Assembly (NCBI GenBank): GCA_039931265.1
Contig: JBDTSG010000094.1
Span: 17,448 to 81,447, forward strand
Origin: Flavobacteriales bacterium
GTDB lineage: Bacteria > Bacteroidota > Bacteroidia > Flavobacteriales_F > PHOS-HE28
DNA length: 64,000 bases
Direction: 5' to 3'
Shown here: piece by piece, positions 29,004-38,983 of the stretch
Numbering within the stretch: position 1 is the first letter of the stretch
Layout: each line of letters begins with the position of its first letter
Program-made: the position numbers and the translations under genes
Notes under the pieces: model-generated
The model's database searches: none
Told to the model about the DNA's origin: nothing
The model's input: only the letters and a program-made list of their open reading frames with translations

Positions 29004-31669
29004 CCCAAAAGGAGCAATAAGGTCTTAGTCGCCTTCCGGAGATCGAACGTGCCTTTCGCAAGAACGCCGCGGAAGAGATCACCCAGCTCTTCGACCCGGT
29101 CAGGTACGGTGTTGATATTGAAAGCAGTGCGGTCAAGGCTTGGCCTGACCTCCTTCCAATCCAATGGTGTGCTCACCGTCGCTCCCGGCCTCGGGCGGAT
29201 GCTGTACACACTTGCAAGGGTCTGCCCCCTGCGGTTCTGCAGATGGTCCAAGTAGATCTTACGCTTGTCGCGCTTCGCCAACGAACGCTCCAACGTGGTC
29301 GTTTCCGGCAGCATGGCTTGCACTACGAGCATGATGTTCTTCGCGAAAGGCGCGAGCTCTTCATAGGTATGGCGCCCTCCGACCGGTATGTACACGTGCA
29401 GTCCGGAGGCGCCGGAAGTCTTGCAATACCCGGCGACGCCGATCCGGTCAAGCACGACTTTCACAGCCAATGCGGCTTCAACCACTTGGTCGAACGTGTT
29501 CTTATCGCTTGGATCCAGATCGAGCACAAGATGGTCCGGCTTCAACAAGTGCTGTTTCCGCGAGGTCCAAGGGTTGAGCTCTATGCAGCCGAGGTTCGCC
29601 ATGTAGAGCAAGGTGCCCAAGTCGTTGCAGAGGATGTAGTCGATCGTATCGCCCCCGCGACTGTCGGAAGGCACTTGAACGGAAGGAACCCATTCGGGGG
29701 CGCTGCCTCCTGCATCTTTCTGGAAAAACCCGGGGCCCTTCATGCCGTTGGGTGTGCGGAAAAGGGATTGCGGCCTGTCCTTCAGGTGCGGGAGAAGCAC
29801 GGTGTGCATGCGCTCGTAATAGGCGAGCACATCGCCCTTGGTGAAGCCTTCCTTCGGCCAGAACACCTTGTTCAGGTTCGTTAGGTGCACGGTATTGCGG
29901 CCAACCTTCACATCGCGTTCGTTCGACCCGGGCCCATCTCCCCCGGCCGATGACTTTTTCTTTCCCGACGTTTTCGTCTTGCGGCCATTCGTTCCGCCCC
30001 TCTTCACGGACTTGGTCGATGTCGTTCGGACAACGGCCGCCTTCTTCTTCGGTGTCATCGGCTCTTTGATAACCGCGCGAGCGTCCTTGTCCGCGCGCAG
30101 GCCGAGGAAAACCGGGTGGCGCATGTGACCATCCCGTGTCCACTCGGTGAACTTGATGTTGCATACAAGCCTCGGAGCCACCCAAACGGGTGGCATGTTG
30201 GCATCCACGTGGTTGTTGAAAGGCGAAGTGCGACGGATCAGGGGTTTCATGGCCGACATGAGTTCATCGAGTGATCGCGCATCGAAGCCGGTACCCGTAT
30301 GTCCCACGTATACCAACTCCCCCTTTTCGTACACACCGAGCAGAAGCGCACCAAAGTGCTTCCTGCTGTTGCGCGGTTCCGTGTAACCACCGATCACCGC
30401 TTCTTGCGAACGATGGTTCTTGATCTTCATCCAATTCCGGCTGCGCACCCCTACCGCGTAAATGCTCTCCTTCCGTTTTCCGATCACACCCTCGAGGTCC
30501 TGTTGCACCGCCGCGGAATAGAAGGCACGACCCTTCGCTTCCACATGGTCGCAATACCGCACATGCGTACCGTTCTTCAGCACGCGGCGCAGCTTGTCCT
30601 TCCGTTCGATGAGCGGCAAGTGCGTCAGGTCTTTTCCATCCAGGCGCAAGAGATCGAACACGTAATACACCAAATGTGTGGTGGGGTCGAGCGATGCATG
30701 TTGCAAGAGTTGGAAGTCCGGGCGCTCGCGATCATTTATCGCAACGATCTCCCCATCCAGCACCATGCGCTTCCGAATGGAGCGTAGTTCAGCGACCACA
30801 TCCGGGTATGCTTCCAAGAATGACAGACCATTCCTGGAGTAGAGCCGCAGATCCCGGCCTCCCGTTTCCGCCACAGCCCGGTAACCATCCCACTTGATCT
30901 CGAATAACCAGTCGGGGTCATCGAAGGGTTCGCCATCCGGAGAGGCCAACATCGGGCGGATGAAGTCCTTGACCTTCGTTGCGCTGCCAGCGCCGCGAAG
31001 CGTGAAGCGTTTCGCTGGTGCTGGCTGCGCGATCGCAACCGGGCTGGCTGAATTGGCGATGCGGGTACTTCGCCTCTTCTTCGCCGCCGGTTTGCGTTCC
31101 TCCTTCGCAAGGGCCTTGTTGATCGGCGAGTTCTTCGGTGTGTGATCCTCACTGTCATACACGTTCACCGCATACCTGTCGCCGTGTTTGATGAGCAGCC
31201 AGCTTTTCTCCTGTCCATGCATCCGCACCAGTGCGAATTCACCCTTCAACTTCTTTCCCTTCAGGATGATCTTGAGCGATCCCTTGCGCAGCATTGACAT
31301 GAGGAAAGTCTCGGGATCCTTTCCTTCCGGCAGCCCCAACGGCTCGTATGTGCCATGATCCCAGATCTCGACGATGCCGGCGCCGTAATTGCCTTCCGGA
31401 ATAATACCTGCGAAATCCTTGTAGTCGTACGGGTGATCCTCCACCATCATTGCCAGCCGCTTATCGGCCGGTGCCAGCGAAGGCCCCTTGGGAACCGCCC
31501 AACTCTTGAGCACACCGCGCATTTCCAGCCGGAAGTCGTAGTGGAGGTGCGAGGCTTTGTGCCTCTGCACAACGAAGATCAACGGGGCAGGGGTGTGCTT
31601 GCTCTTGGCGCCCCCGGGTTCCGGTGTGCGTTTCAGGTCGCGCTTGGCGCGGTACTTCTCCAAGTTCAT
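29000..31669 (-). CDS. ligD: DNA ligase D (phosphoesterase-ligase-polymerase)
   Basis: PE domain VQRHKASHLHYDFRLE; ligase FEIKWDGYR and EGVIGK; polymerase DLDP, KTSGASGLH, YLDHLQN. Confidence 0.97.
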   Translation of the reverse strand: MNLEKYRAKRDLKRTPEPGGAKSKHTPAPLIFVVQRHKASHLHYDFRLEMRGVLKSWAVPKGPSLAPADKRLAMMVEDHPYDYKDFAGIIPEGNYGAGIVEIWDHGTYEPLGLPEGKDPETFLMSMLRKGSLKIILKGKKLKGEFALVRMHGQEKSWLLIKHGDRYAVNVYDSEDHTPKNSPINKALAKEERKPAAKKRRSTRIANSASPVAIAQPAPAKRFTLRGAGSATKVKDFIRPMLASPDGEPFDDPDWLFEIKWDGYRAVAETGGRDLRLYSRNGLSFLEAYPDVVAELRSIRKRMVLDGEIVAINDRERPDFQLLQHASLDPTTHLVYYVFDLLRLDGKDLTHLPLIERKDKLRRVLKNGTHVRYCDHVEAKGRAFYSAAVQQDLEGVIGKRKESIYAVGVRSRNWMKIKNHRSQEAVIGGYTEPRNSRKHFGALLLGVYEKGELVYVGHTGTGFDARSLDELMSAMKPLIRRTSPFNNHVDANMPPVWVAPRLVCNIKFTEWTRDGHMRHPVFLGLRADKDARAVIKEPMTPKKKAAVVRTTSTKSVKRGGTNGRKTKTSGKKKSSAGGDGPGSNERDVKVGRNTVHLTNLNKVFWPKEGFTKGDVLAYYERMHTVLLPHLKDRPQSLFRTPNGMKGPGFFQKDAGGSAPEWVPSVQVPSDSRGGDTIDYILCNDLGTLLYMANLGCIELNPWTSRKQHLLKPDHLVLDLDPSDKNTFDQVVEAALAVKVVLDRIGVAGYCKTSGASGLHVYIPVGGRHTYEELAPFAKNIMLVVQAMLPETTTLERSLAKRDKRKIYLDHLQNRRGQTLASVYSIRPRPGATVSTPLDWKEVRPSLDRTAFNINTVPDRVEELGDLFRGVLAKGTFDLRKATKTLLLLLG

Positions 31670-31672
31670 GCG

Positions 31673-32512
31673 CTACGAGGCTTTGCGCTGTTTCGTGGCC
31701 GTGGTTGCCTTTCCCTTGACCGCTGTCTTAGTGTTGTTCTTCGCCGCTGATTTTCCGGAAAGACTGGCTTTCAACACCGCCATCAGATCATCGGTCGGTT
31801 TGCTGTGCACTACTTTCATCGGCGTGGCCTTGGGGCCCTTGCCCTTGGCTTTGGCACGGATCATTTTCATCAACGCGGCCGTGTATTCGTCCTTATAGCG
31901 CTTGATGTCGAAGGTCCCCGCCCCTTGGTCGATGAGCTGCATGGCGAGCTTCAGTTCATTGGGCGCGATCTTCTCCACCTTCGGGAGTTTCAGGTCATCG
32001 ATCGGGCGCACTTCCTGCGCATAGCGTAATTGATTGAGGATCAGTACGGGTCCATCCGGTTGCAGTAAGGCCGGATGTTCTTTTGTGCGCATCACGAAAC
32101 TGGCGATGCCCACTTTGCCGCTCTTTCGCAAAGCTTCGCGCAGCAAGGCGTAGGCCCGTGATCCACCCTTGTCCGGTTCCAAGTAATAGGGCTTCTCGAA
32201 GTACTTGCCTTCCACCTCTTCCTCCTCCACGAAATCGTGGATGGTGATGACGTCGCTTTTCTCCATGGCAGCGCTCTTCAGGTCCTTGTCCTCAAGCACC
32301 ACATACCTGCCTTCCAAGTTGAAGGCTCGGACGATGCGTTCATAAGGAACTTCCTTTCCGGTGTCCTCGTTCACGCGATGGAAACGGATCTTGGCTTTGT
32401 CCTTTCCGTCCAACATGTCCAGATCCAATTCGCTCTCCTGCGTTGCGCTGAACAGGCGCACGGGGATCGTTACAAGGCCAAAGCCTATAGTGCCTTTCCA
32501 AAGGGGGCGCAT
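31673..32512 (-). CDS. ku: Ku protein (NHEJ)
   Basis: MRPLWKGTIGFGLVTIPVRL, EKPYYLEP, YALLREAL, and a basic tail after DLMAVLKASL. Confidence 0.97.
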   Translation of the reverse strand: MRPLWKGTIGFGLVTIPVRLFSATQESELDLDMLDGKDKAKIRFHRVNEDTGKEVPYERIVRAFNLEGRYVVLEDKDLKSAAMEKSDVITIHDFVEEEEVEGKYFEKPYYLEPDKGGSRAYALLREALRKSGKVGIASFVMRTKEHPALLQPDGPVLILNQLRYAQEVRPIDDLKLPKVEKIAPNELKLAMQLIDQGAGTFDIKRYKDEYTAALMKMIRAKAKGKGPKATPMKVVHSKPTDDLMAVLKASLSGKSAAKNNTKTAVKGKATTATKQRKAS

Positions 32513-32515
32513 GGG

Positions 32516-32884
32516 TCAGAGTTTGAGGTTTTCGCCAGCGGGGACGGGCGGTACCGGCTGCACGCGTCCCTCGTGATCGTGGGCGGCTAGCGGCCTCACC
32601 ATGCGGTGGATGAAGTCCTGTGCATGGGCACCGTACTCACCGATGAGGAGGCCTTTCAAGCCAATGCGCGCGGAACTGACGGCGTATACGATGCTGGCAT
32701 CCGCCGGATCGCTCGGCCCCTCGAACCGGTGGAACGAATCGATGCTGAACTCGGCAGGGTCCAAGGGCTGCGCATGATTGAAGAGCCCCTCTTCCGTGAG
32801 CGTGAGTTCATCGTTGTAGCCCTTCTTCTTGAGCGCCTCAACCGCTTCCGAGAGGGTGCCGTATTGGTTGTCCGGATGGTTCAT
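32516..32884 (-). CDS. Conserved small protein of the family often labelled 'phosphoribosylpyrophosphate synthetase' in Bacteroidota (function unknown)
   Basis: TLSEAVEALKKKGY...FHRFEGPSDPADASIVYAVSS...KGLLIGEYG; 3-nt gap to ku. Confidence 0.85.
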   Translation of the reverse strand: MNHPDNQYGTLSEAVEALKKKGYNDELTLTEEGLFNHAQPLDPAEFSIDSFHRFEGPSDPADASIVYAVSSARIGLKGLLIGEYGAHAQDFIHRMVRPLAAHDHEGRVQPVPPVPAGENLKL

Positions 32885-33121
32885 GACATGCAGTATTGCA
32901 TTCAGCACATGTCGATCCCGTGCCTTTTGACAAGACCCAAGACCATCAAGGGTTTTCGCATTCACCACGCTCAACGCATGTGGAAGGATCTCCTCGGAAC
33001 GTGGAGATCCGGGAGCATCCACGCCAGCGGCATCCTTGCGCTCCTTGCATGAGCAAAGGGTGCCCAGGAACGGCACGGGATCATCCAACGCCTTGGTCCA
33101 CCCTACCTCATCTCCTTGAAC

Positions 33122-34213
33122 ATGGCCATCCGCACTGTGCGCGACAACACAGCCCTGCACGCAGCCCCACCTGAACGGAGCGCAAGCGCTGCCCAACTCC
33201 GGTACATTCGGCGTTATACCAACGGCATCGAGCGGACCGGCAAACGCAACTTCCGGTATCGCTTGGGCGGAGCCATCGTTCGCGATCAAGCCACGCTCGC
33301 ACGGATACGGCATCTCGCCATACCACCGGCATGGACGGATGTATGGATCTGCCCGCACGAGAACGGGCATCTGCAGGCAACCGGGTTCGACGTGAAAGGG
33401 CGCAAACAATACCGGTATCACAATGATTGGAGCGCCGTGCGCAACGAAACCAAGTTCGCCCACATGCAAGCGTTCGGTAGGCAACTGCCAGCGATGCGCA
33501 AGCGGCTGGCCGCCGATCTCAGGCGCGCAGGACTTCCACAGGAAAAAGTGCTCGCCGCAGTAGTGAGCATCATGGACCGCACGCAGATACGCGTGGGGCA
33601 CGACACTTATGCGAAGGAGAACGGGAGTTTCGGGTTGAGCACTTTGCTGGACCGGCACGTAAAGGCCGAGGGTGGTCACGTGCGTTTCGTGTTCAAAGGA
33701 AAAACCGGTGTGCAGCACAACATCAAGTTGGGTTCGTCGCACTTGTCGAAACTCGTATTGCGCTGCAAGGACCTACCCGGCCAGGACCTGTTCCAATACT
33801 TGGATGGGAACGGTGAGGCGCGGCCCATTGATTCAGGCATGGTCAACGACTACATCCGTTCCGTCACGGATGGTCACTTCACCAGCAAGGATATCCGTAC
33901 CTGGAAAGGCACGGTGCATTGCGTCCGGGCATTGCTCGCGCAACCAACGGTCCATACGAAAGGCGACCAACGCACCGTGATCAATGCCGCTCTGGATGAA
34001 GTGGCGCATGAACTGGGCAACACACGTGCGGTGTGCCGCAAGTACTACGTGCACCCACAGGTGATCGAAGCCTACGGAACGGCTACGTTCCGAACACCGC
34101 GCGGATCCGCAGTGAGCAAGAGCATTTTCACCGCCGACGAGCAAATGGTTTTACGCATCCTCGCCAAGCGGCCCTCCGCGTCCGTGAAACCACCTTTCGC
34201 CAAGGCAGCATGA
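33122..34213 (+). CDS. Bacterial DNA topoisomerase IB
   Basis: IPPAWTDVWIC, GHLQATGFDVKGRKQYRYH, IRVG, FKGK, SKDIRTW, LGNTRAVCRKYYVHP. Confidence 0.95.
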   Translation: MAIRTVRDNTALHAAPPERSASAAQLRYIRRYTNGIERTGKRNFRYRLGGAIVRDQATLARIRHLAIPPAWTDVWICPHENGHLQATGFDVKGRKQYRYHNDWSAVRNETKFAHMQAFGRQLPAMRKRLAADLRRAGLPQEKVLAAVVSIMDRTQIRVGHDTYAKENGSFGLSTLLDRHVKAEGGHVRFVFKGKTGVQHNIKLGSSHLSKLVLRCKDLPGQDLFQYLDGNGEARPIDSGMVNDYIRSVTDGHFTSKDIRTWKGTVHCVRALLAQPTVHTKGDQRTVINAALDEVAHELGNTRAVCRKYYVHPQVIEAYGTATFRTPRGSAVSKSIFTADEQMVLRILAKRPSASVKPPFAKAA

Positions 34214-34713
34214 GCATGAAATGGGAAGTGATCCCGGAGCGGTCCATCGGCCAAGTGGCGATCCGGATCCTCGCAGCTGTCGTGCTCACCTTCTTGGCCG
34301 CATTGCCGGGTGCACTAACAAGCGAGGCCGTCGATGGGTGGTTCTCTACTTTGGACAGGCCCGCGTTCGCTCCACCGAACGCGGTGTTCGGCCCGGTATG
34401 GACGGCGCTCTACGTGATGATGGGCATAGCCGCGGGACTTGTCTGGGCGGCGGGATGGCGCGCACCGGTGAAAAGCGCGCTGCTATTGTACTGCGGGCAG
34501 CTGGTGCTGAATGCATCCTGGACTATCGTGTTCTTCGGTCTGCATGCGCCCCTGGCCGCGTTGTTCGTGATCGTTGCGTTGTTGGTGATGATCTGCCTCA
34601 CCATGCGTGCGTTCTTCCCCGTGCATCCCTTGGCCGGATGGCTATTGTCCCCCTACCTCGGTTGGGTAGTGTTCGCCACGATGCTGAACGCAGGGTATGT
34701 CTACCTGAACTGA
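34210..34713 (+). CDS. tspO: TspO/MBR tryptophan-rich sensory protein
   Basis: WFSTLDRPAFAPPNAVFGPVWTALY, LNASWTIVFF, PYLGWVVFATMLN; ATGA overlap with topoisomerase IB. Confidence 0.95.
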   Translation: MSMKWEVIPERSIGQVAIRILAAVVLTFLAALPGALTSEAVDGWFSTLDRPAFAPPNAVFGPVWTALYVMMGIAAGLVWAAGWRAPVKSALLLYCGQLVLNASWTIVFFGLHAPLAALFVIVALLVMICLTMRAFFPVHPLAGWLLSPYLGWVVFATMLNAGYVYLN

Positions 34714-34764
34714 GCCTGCGGCCCGCTCCTTGACCCTGTTGAATGGACTAAAGCAGATGCAACC

Positions 34765-35232
34765 ATGTTAAGCCAACCCATAGCGAAACAACTGGAAGCG
34801 CACTTGGATGAAGTGAGCTTCGTATACCGCTCGTTGCCGCATGCACTGGCCCGGGTGGAGGTGATAACACCTACCAAGGGATGGCGCTCATTCTTCCATC
34901 GTCAAGCCGACATCCTGCGCGCACACCAGAGCGAACTGCGCGGGATAGTTGCCGCTTGGGGCAGGCGCCTGCGCCCGTGCGCATGCGAGGAGGTGACGGA
35001 GAAATTGAACGAAGTGCGTTACGCGCTCGCCGCGCGGCCGGGCACTCCGTTGTTGGAACGCACCGTCCACAAGGTGCTGAGTGAATTGCGCGCCATGGTG
35101 ATCAAGGATCTGGAGGATGCTGAGCGGATCGCTAAGAAGCTCGAGGAATTGGACCTCTCCGCGCAACTGCACAACCTCCTGAAGTCCGAGCAGGAACTGG
35201 CACGCGCTCAGGAAGAGCCCTTCCGGAAATGA
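34765..35232 (+). CDS. Divergent ferritin-like (DUF892-like) four-helix protein
   Basis: Helical pattern resembles YciE/F (LPHAL, CACEEV, AKKLE...LLKSE), but metal ligands are poorly conserved. Confidence 0.55.
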   Translation: MLSQPIAKQLEAHLDEVSFVYRSLPHALARVEVITPTKGWRSFFHRQADILRAHQSELRGIVAAWGRRLRPCACEEVTEKLNEVRYALAARPGTPLLERTVHKVLSELRAMVIKDLEDAERIAKKLEELDLSAQLHNLLKSEQELARAQEEPFRK

Positions 35233-35516
35233 AACGGCTTATGCCGATGGACATAATTGGTACAACGGCGTACAGCGAGGTGCGTGTTTCGCATAATGGG
35301 GAAGAGCCCATGTGCGCGGGGAAACGATTCCACGATCCTGGTGCTCATGCACGCTCGCGGATCAATGGCCCCGACCTTGCTGTAAGCGACTACAACCTGT
35401 TCGTGGGGAACGGGTTGTTTTCGCAGGCCATGGTGAATGGGGACATCATCATGGTCGATCTTAAAGCAGCGGCCCTTGACTTTCTGTCAAGGGCCTTCTG
35501 CATTCAATGGGGTTGA
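35229..35516 (+). CDS. Hypothetical protein
   Basis: ATGA-coupled to the upstream gene; no motif recognised. Confidence 0.35.
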   Translation: MKRLMPMDIIGTTAYSEVRVSHNGEEPMCAGKRFHDPGAHARSRINGPDLAVSDYNLFVGNGLFSQAMVNGDIIMVDLKAAALDFLSRAFCIQWG

Positions 35517-35523
35517 GGCGCAT

Positions 35524-35907
35524 TCACTTATCGTCAACGCCGTGCAACTCCTTTTCATCGCGGCCCAACGGAGATCCCAGCGAACCGGCGACATCCCCTT
35601 CGGCATCCTTGTTCGGCAAGGAATGTCCCCGTCGCTCCTCTTCTCGGCCCACGGGTAGGGCACCCGGTTCCACAGGGCGCGATGGTCCGGAAGTGCCCCT
35701 ACCGCTAAGCTCTTGCAACTCGTTCAGTTCGGAAACGATCGTACTCCTGAACTCTTCGTTGAGCTTGGCCACCTCCTCGTGCAGTTCCACCAGGTCCTTG
35801 TCCTCCAAGTTGCTGAGAATGCGCATGAGCAGTCGCTTGTTCACGGCGGCGGCGGTGAGGAGGTTGGCGAAGGCTTCGAATTCAGGTGCGGTGCTCAGGA
35901 AAGTCAT
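35524..35907 (-). CDS. Hypothetical protein with an acidic/disordered C-terminus
   Basis: A/C-rich leader before ATG 35907; helical N-half and low-complexity C-half. Confidence 0.6.
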   Translation of the reverse strand: MTFLSTAPEFEAFANLLTAAAVNKRLLMRILSNLEDKDLVELHEEVAKLNEEFRSTIVSELNELQELSGRGTSGPSRPVEPGALPVGREEERRGHSLPNKDAEGDVAGSLGSPLGRDEKELHGVDDK

Positions 35908-36006
35908 GGCGGTGCTGTTTTGTCCATCACGCACGAACGGAAGGCCGGTTCTGAACGGCACACGCCCCGCTTTCCAGCAGGGCGCACGCGAAGAGTGATG
36001 GGGGTA

Positions 36007-36468
36007 TTATTTCTCGATGTGCTCGAATTGGGAGCGCAGTGTCTTCACGCGGTCCATGTTGCCTTGCACCGCATTGCGTTGCTCTTGAAGCAAAGAGCGT
36101 GTACCCGCTGCCAAGTCATGGTTCTTCAATATGTCGTCGTAGCGCATCAACAGGTACGATTCGCCGCGTTCGCATTCGGCGAGCAGGTTCGCATTGTCCG
36201 CTTTGCTCAGCGCGTCGCGGACCTCCATCCATGTGCGGTGCAGATCGCCCTTCAATGTTCCGTCCCGGTGCGGGGCTCCGGGATCCAGCTTGCGGAGTTC
36301 AGCGTCCAGGTCGGCTTCCAACGTTGCGCGCTCGCTGCTGAAGGCCATCAACAGGTCTTTCACGCGGCGGTCATCGGCGCGCTGGCTTGCTTCCGCGTAG
36401 CCCTTGCGGCCGTCCACGAGCAGGTCGTGCACGTTGTTCAATTCGGTGAGGTCTTTCTTCTGGTCCAT
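36007..36468 (-). CDS. PA2169 family (DUF2383) four-helix ferritin-like protein
   Basis: DGRKGYAEA, GTLKGDLHRTWMEVR, LAECERGE. Confidence 0.92.
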   Translation of the reverse strand: MDQKKDLTELNNVHDLLVDGRKGYAEASQRADDRRVKDLLMAFSSERATLEADLDAELRKLDPGAPHRDGTLKGDLHRTWMEVRDALSKADNANLLAECERGESYLLMRYDDILKNHDLAAGTRSLLQEQRNAVQGNMDRVKTLRSQFEHIEK

Positions 36469-36590
36469 GGTCGTTGTGTTTGCGAAGGGTAAGCGAGCAT
36501 CAGGCCGAACCCATCCCGAATTCCGATGCACGGGTTTTCCTGAAGAACCCGTGGAATGGATCACACGGTTCGAGGAAAGTCGTGGACAGA

Positions 36591-37202
36591 TCAATGGACC
36601 ACAACCAGCCTTTGCCGCGCGACTTGCCTTTTGCCGCCCTCCACGCACGCAAGGGAATAGCAACCTGCATCCAAGTGGCGCAGGTTCAGCCAGCCGTCAT
36701 CAAGTGGTGCGCTGAATACCAAGCTACCACGAGCATCGTACACCTCCGCTGTCGTGGCGTGCAGCCCATCGGGCATGCGCACATTCACGCCTTCGTTCGC
36801 GGGGTTGGGTGCGATCGAAAGTGTTGGTGCAGTGCTGGGCTCGTTCATACCTGTGGCCGGCTCCACTACGATGAAGCCTTTCTCCCCGTTCACTTCCACA
36901 TGGAAAGCGCATACGTAGTAGAACGTGTCAGCAGTGAGCAAAGCGAAGGTCTGGCTCTCACCAACGAACGCGGGCGGTCCGATTTCCAACCCGCTGATGG
37001 TGCTGCTGTCAGCCAGCCAAGTCTCTTCGCTCACCTGCCGGAAGGAGTGGTCCAGCGCGAAGAAGGTGACCCGCACCGAATCACCCGCTTGGATCACGAG
37101 CGAGTCCGGTGCGAAGCCGCTGTCCGATACGGCGATGTCGTAGGTGGTCTGTGCGGTTGCGCTCAAGCCCATGGCCGAGGCAAGGAGTACGAGGTATTTC
37201 AT
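36591..37202 (-). CDS. Cupredoxin (plastocyanin-like) domain with T9SS CTD; axial Met replaced by Glu
   Basis: FAPDSLVIQAGDSV, HSF, YYVCAFHVEVNGEKG; CTD APNPA...YDARG...GCYSL. Confidence 0.85.
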   Translation of the reverse strand: MKYLVLLASAMGLSATAQTTYDIAVSDSGFAPDSLVIQAGDSVRVTFFALDHSFRQVSEETWLADSSTISGLEIGPPAFVGESQTFALLTADTFYYVCAFHVEVNGEKGFIVVEPATGMNEPSTAPTLSIAPNPANEGVNVRMPDGLHATTAEVYDARGSLVFSAPLDDGWLNLRHLDAGCYSLACVEGGKRQVARQRLVVVH

Positions 37203-37318
37203 GGTGTTCGGTTATGTCCTCGGATCAGCCAAGTACTGCGCCACAACCTTGGCAGCGCACTATGCCGACCATACCCCTTCAGTCGGGGAAACTTTGCCAC
37301 GCACGCGTGGAAAAACGT

Positions 37319-37873
37319 TCAGGAAGCGCGGCGGATGTATGCATGCTCGTATGCGCTGCCGTGGAGACGTTCCACCAAGTAGCTGCCCACATTGGCGAGC
37401 GCTAGGCCGAAGAGATCGGCTTCGAGCTTCACGGACATGAGGTTGTGCGCGGAGAGCAGCACCGTCTCACCCCCGATGATGCCGATGGTATGCGCCAATA
37501 CTTCTTTGGGCGTGAAGGCATCCTGCGGGTGCGGCAACTCGATGAACAGCGTGTCCTCCGCATGCTGCGTGTCCATCCAAGTGTGCACGGTGCCCACTAC
37601 GTCCTCCCCGCCCTTGCCCGAAGTCATCTTCCTGGTCTCCTTCATCACCGTGCGTATCCACGGGAGCAGCTCGTACATACGGCCCGGCCCGGTGTGCTTG
37701 CGCGACCACACGCGCACGGGTTGGGTGGCATAGCCCGCTTGGCCCATCAAGTATTGCCGGGGTTCCATGTTCGTTACATAGGAGTCCACCATTTCATTGC
37801 CCAATAGGCTGAAATAGCTGCAGGCGTCAAGCGATTGCTTGGGGCCGGGTTGGAAGTCGTAGCGCAGTGCCAT
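37319..37873 (-). CDS. Hypothetical protein
   Basis: 184-aa ORF with strong GC3 bias; the weak JAB-like 'DVVGTVHT' motif is not sufficient for a family call. Confidence 0.65.
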   Translation of the reverse strand: MALRYDFQPGPKQSLDACSYFSLLGNEMVDSYVTNMEPRQYLMGQAGYATQPVRVWSRKHTGPGRMYELLPWIRTVMKETRKMTSGKGGEDVVGTVHTWMDTQHAEDTLFIELPHPQDAFTPKEVLAHTIGIIGGETVLLSAHNLMSVKLEADLFGLALANVGSYLVERLHGSAYEHAYIRRAS

Positions 37874-38170
37874 GCCGTTGCGTTGACAGATCGCGCGCCA
37901 GTGGTTTCTTATGAACAGGCCACGGTTCGATCGCGTATTTCAACGGCATTGTTGCATGGTTCGGGGATGGCCCAACTACATCGGGGCTTTCACTACACCA
38001 AGAGGAATTGTGGAACAACCTGGGGCGCATGCGCCCCTTTTCCCTGCTCTGCGGCTACCCCAAATCGGTTTTCGGTTCCGCTGAGCGGGCGGAATCATTT
38101 GCTCGCATCTGCAACGCGCATTCGCACGTGCAGGCGGCCTAACCAGCGATCACGCATCCGAGCAAACGAA

Positions 38171-38196
38171 CGGCGGGCCGCTTGCGCGACCCGCCG
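38171..38196 (-). terminator. Probable intrinsic terminator after the lipoprotein gene
   Basis: Minus strand cggcgggtcgc-gcaa-gcggcccgccg followed by ttcgttt. Confidence 0.5.
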
Positions 38197-38244
38197 TCTT
38201 ATATCAGGCCCTTTCACCAAAAGCAAGAAGGAGCCGATACAGCG

Positions 38245-38730
38245 TTAGTGCCCGTCCTTGTCGTTGTCGGCATCGGTCATTTTGTCGATGCGTTCCGCTT
38301 CGCGCTTGAACCAATTGCCGGTGCTATCGGCAACTACGCGTGTTTCCATTTTCAGGTTCGCCCAATCGGTGGCGGTGGTGGTGGTCATGCGCAGCAGTGC
38401 GGCATCCACGCGGGTAATGTTGATCTGCAACTCGGCGATGTGCCTTTCGCACTCGGCTTTGCGGTCGGCATCCTTGATGCCATCGGCCAATCGTTTCTGC
38501 TCGCGTGCTTGGCGTGCGAACATGTTCTCGCGCAGGTCGTTGAGTTCTTTCACGGCCTCGTCGCGTTCGTTCATCCATTCCTTACTGTCGTCGGCGTTGG
38601 CCATTTCCTGCCGGTTCTCCGACATCTGGTCGGTGGTGCGCTCGGTCTCCTTGCCGGGCTCGCTGCCGCAGGCGGCGAAAATCAGCGCACCGCCCAAGAG
38701 GGCGGCGAATGCAATGCGGTGGGTGGTCAT
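38245..38730 (-). CDS. Coiled-coil lipoprotein
   Basis: Lipobox LIFAAC; helical charged body; A/C-rich leader. Confidence 0.82.
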   Translation of the reverse strand: MTTHRIAFAALLGGALIFAACGSEPGKETERTTDQMSENRQEMANADDSKEWMNERDEAVKELNDLRENMFARQAREQKRLADGIKDADRKAECERHIAELQINITRVDAALLRMTTTTATDWANLKMETRVVADSTGNWFKREAERIDKMTDADNDKDGH

Positions 38731-38983
38731 TGTTGTGTTTGTTTGGTTCGTGCTGCACCGTAGCACCAAAGACAAGCCGATCCAGTTGCGTACAAGGGTC
38801 GCACGGGATGAACTGCTCCGCAGGCCCTAGAAGGACGGGAGATTTAAGACCTGCTTGCAGCGCGATGGCCGGGTGGCGGACCGGCTTACCATGGGGAGAT
38901 CTTGCCACGATCGTTCTACACCCTTGTATTTGAGCGCTGCGTAAAATTGTACCGATCAACCCGCCCACCTCTTCGCTAGTCGC

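Noticed and set aside
32885-33742. N-terminal extension of the 408-aa ORF 32516..33742
   Set aside because: Overlaps topoisomerase IB antisense; the family signature begins only at Met 32884.
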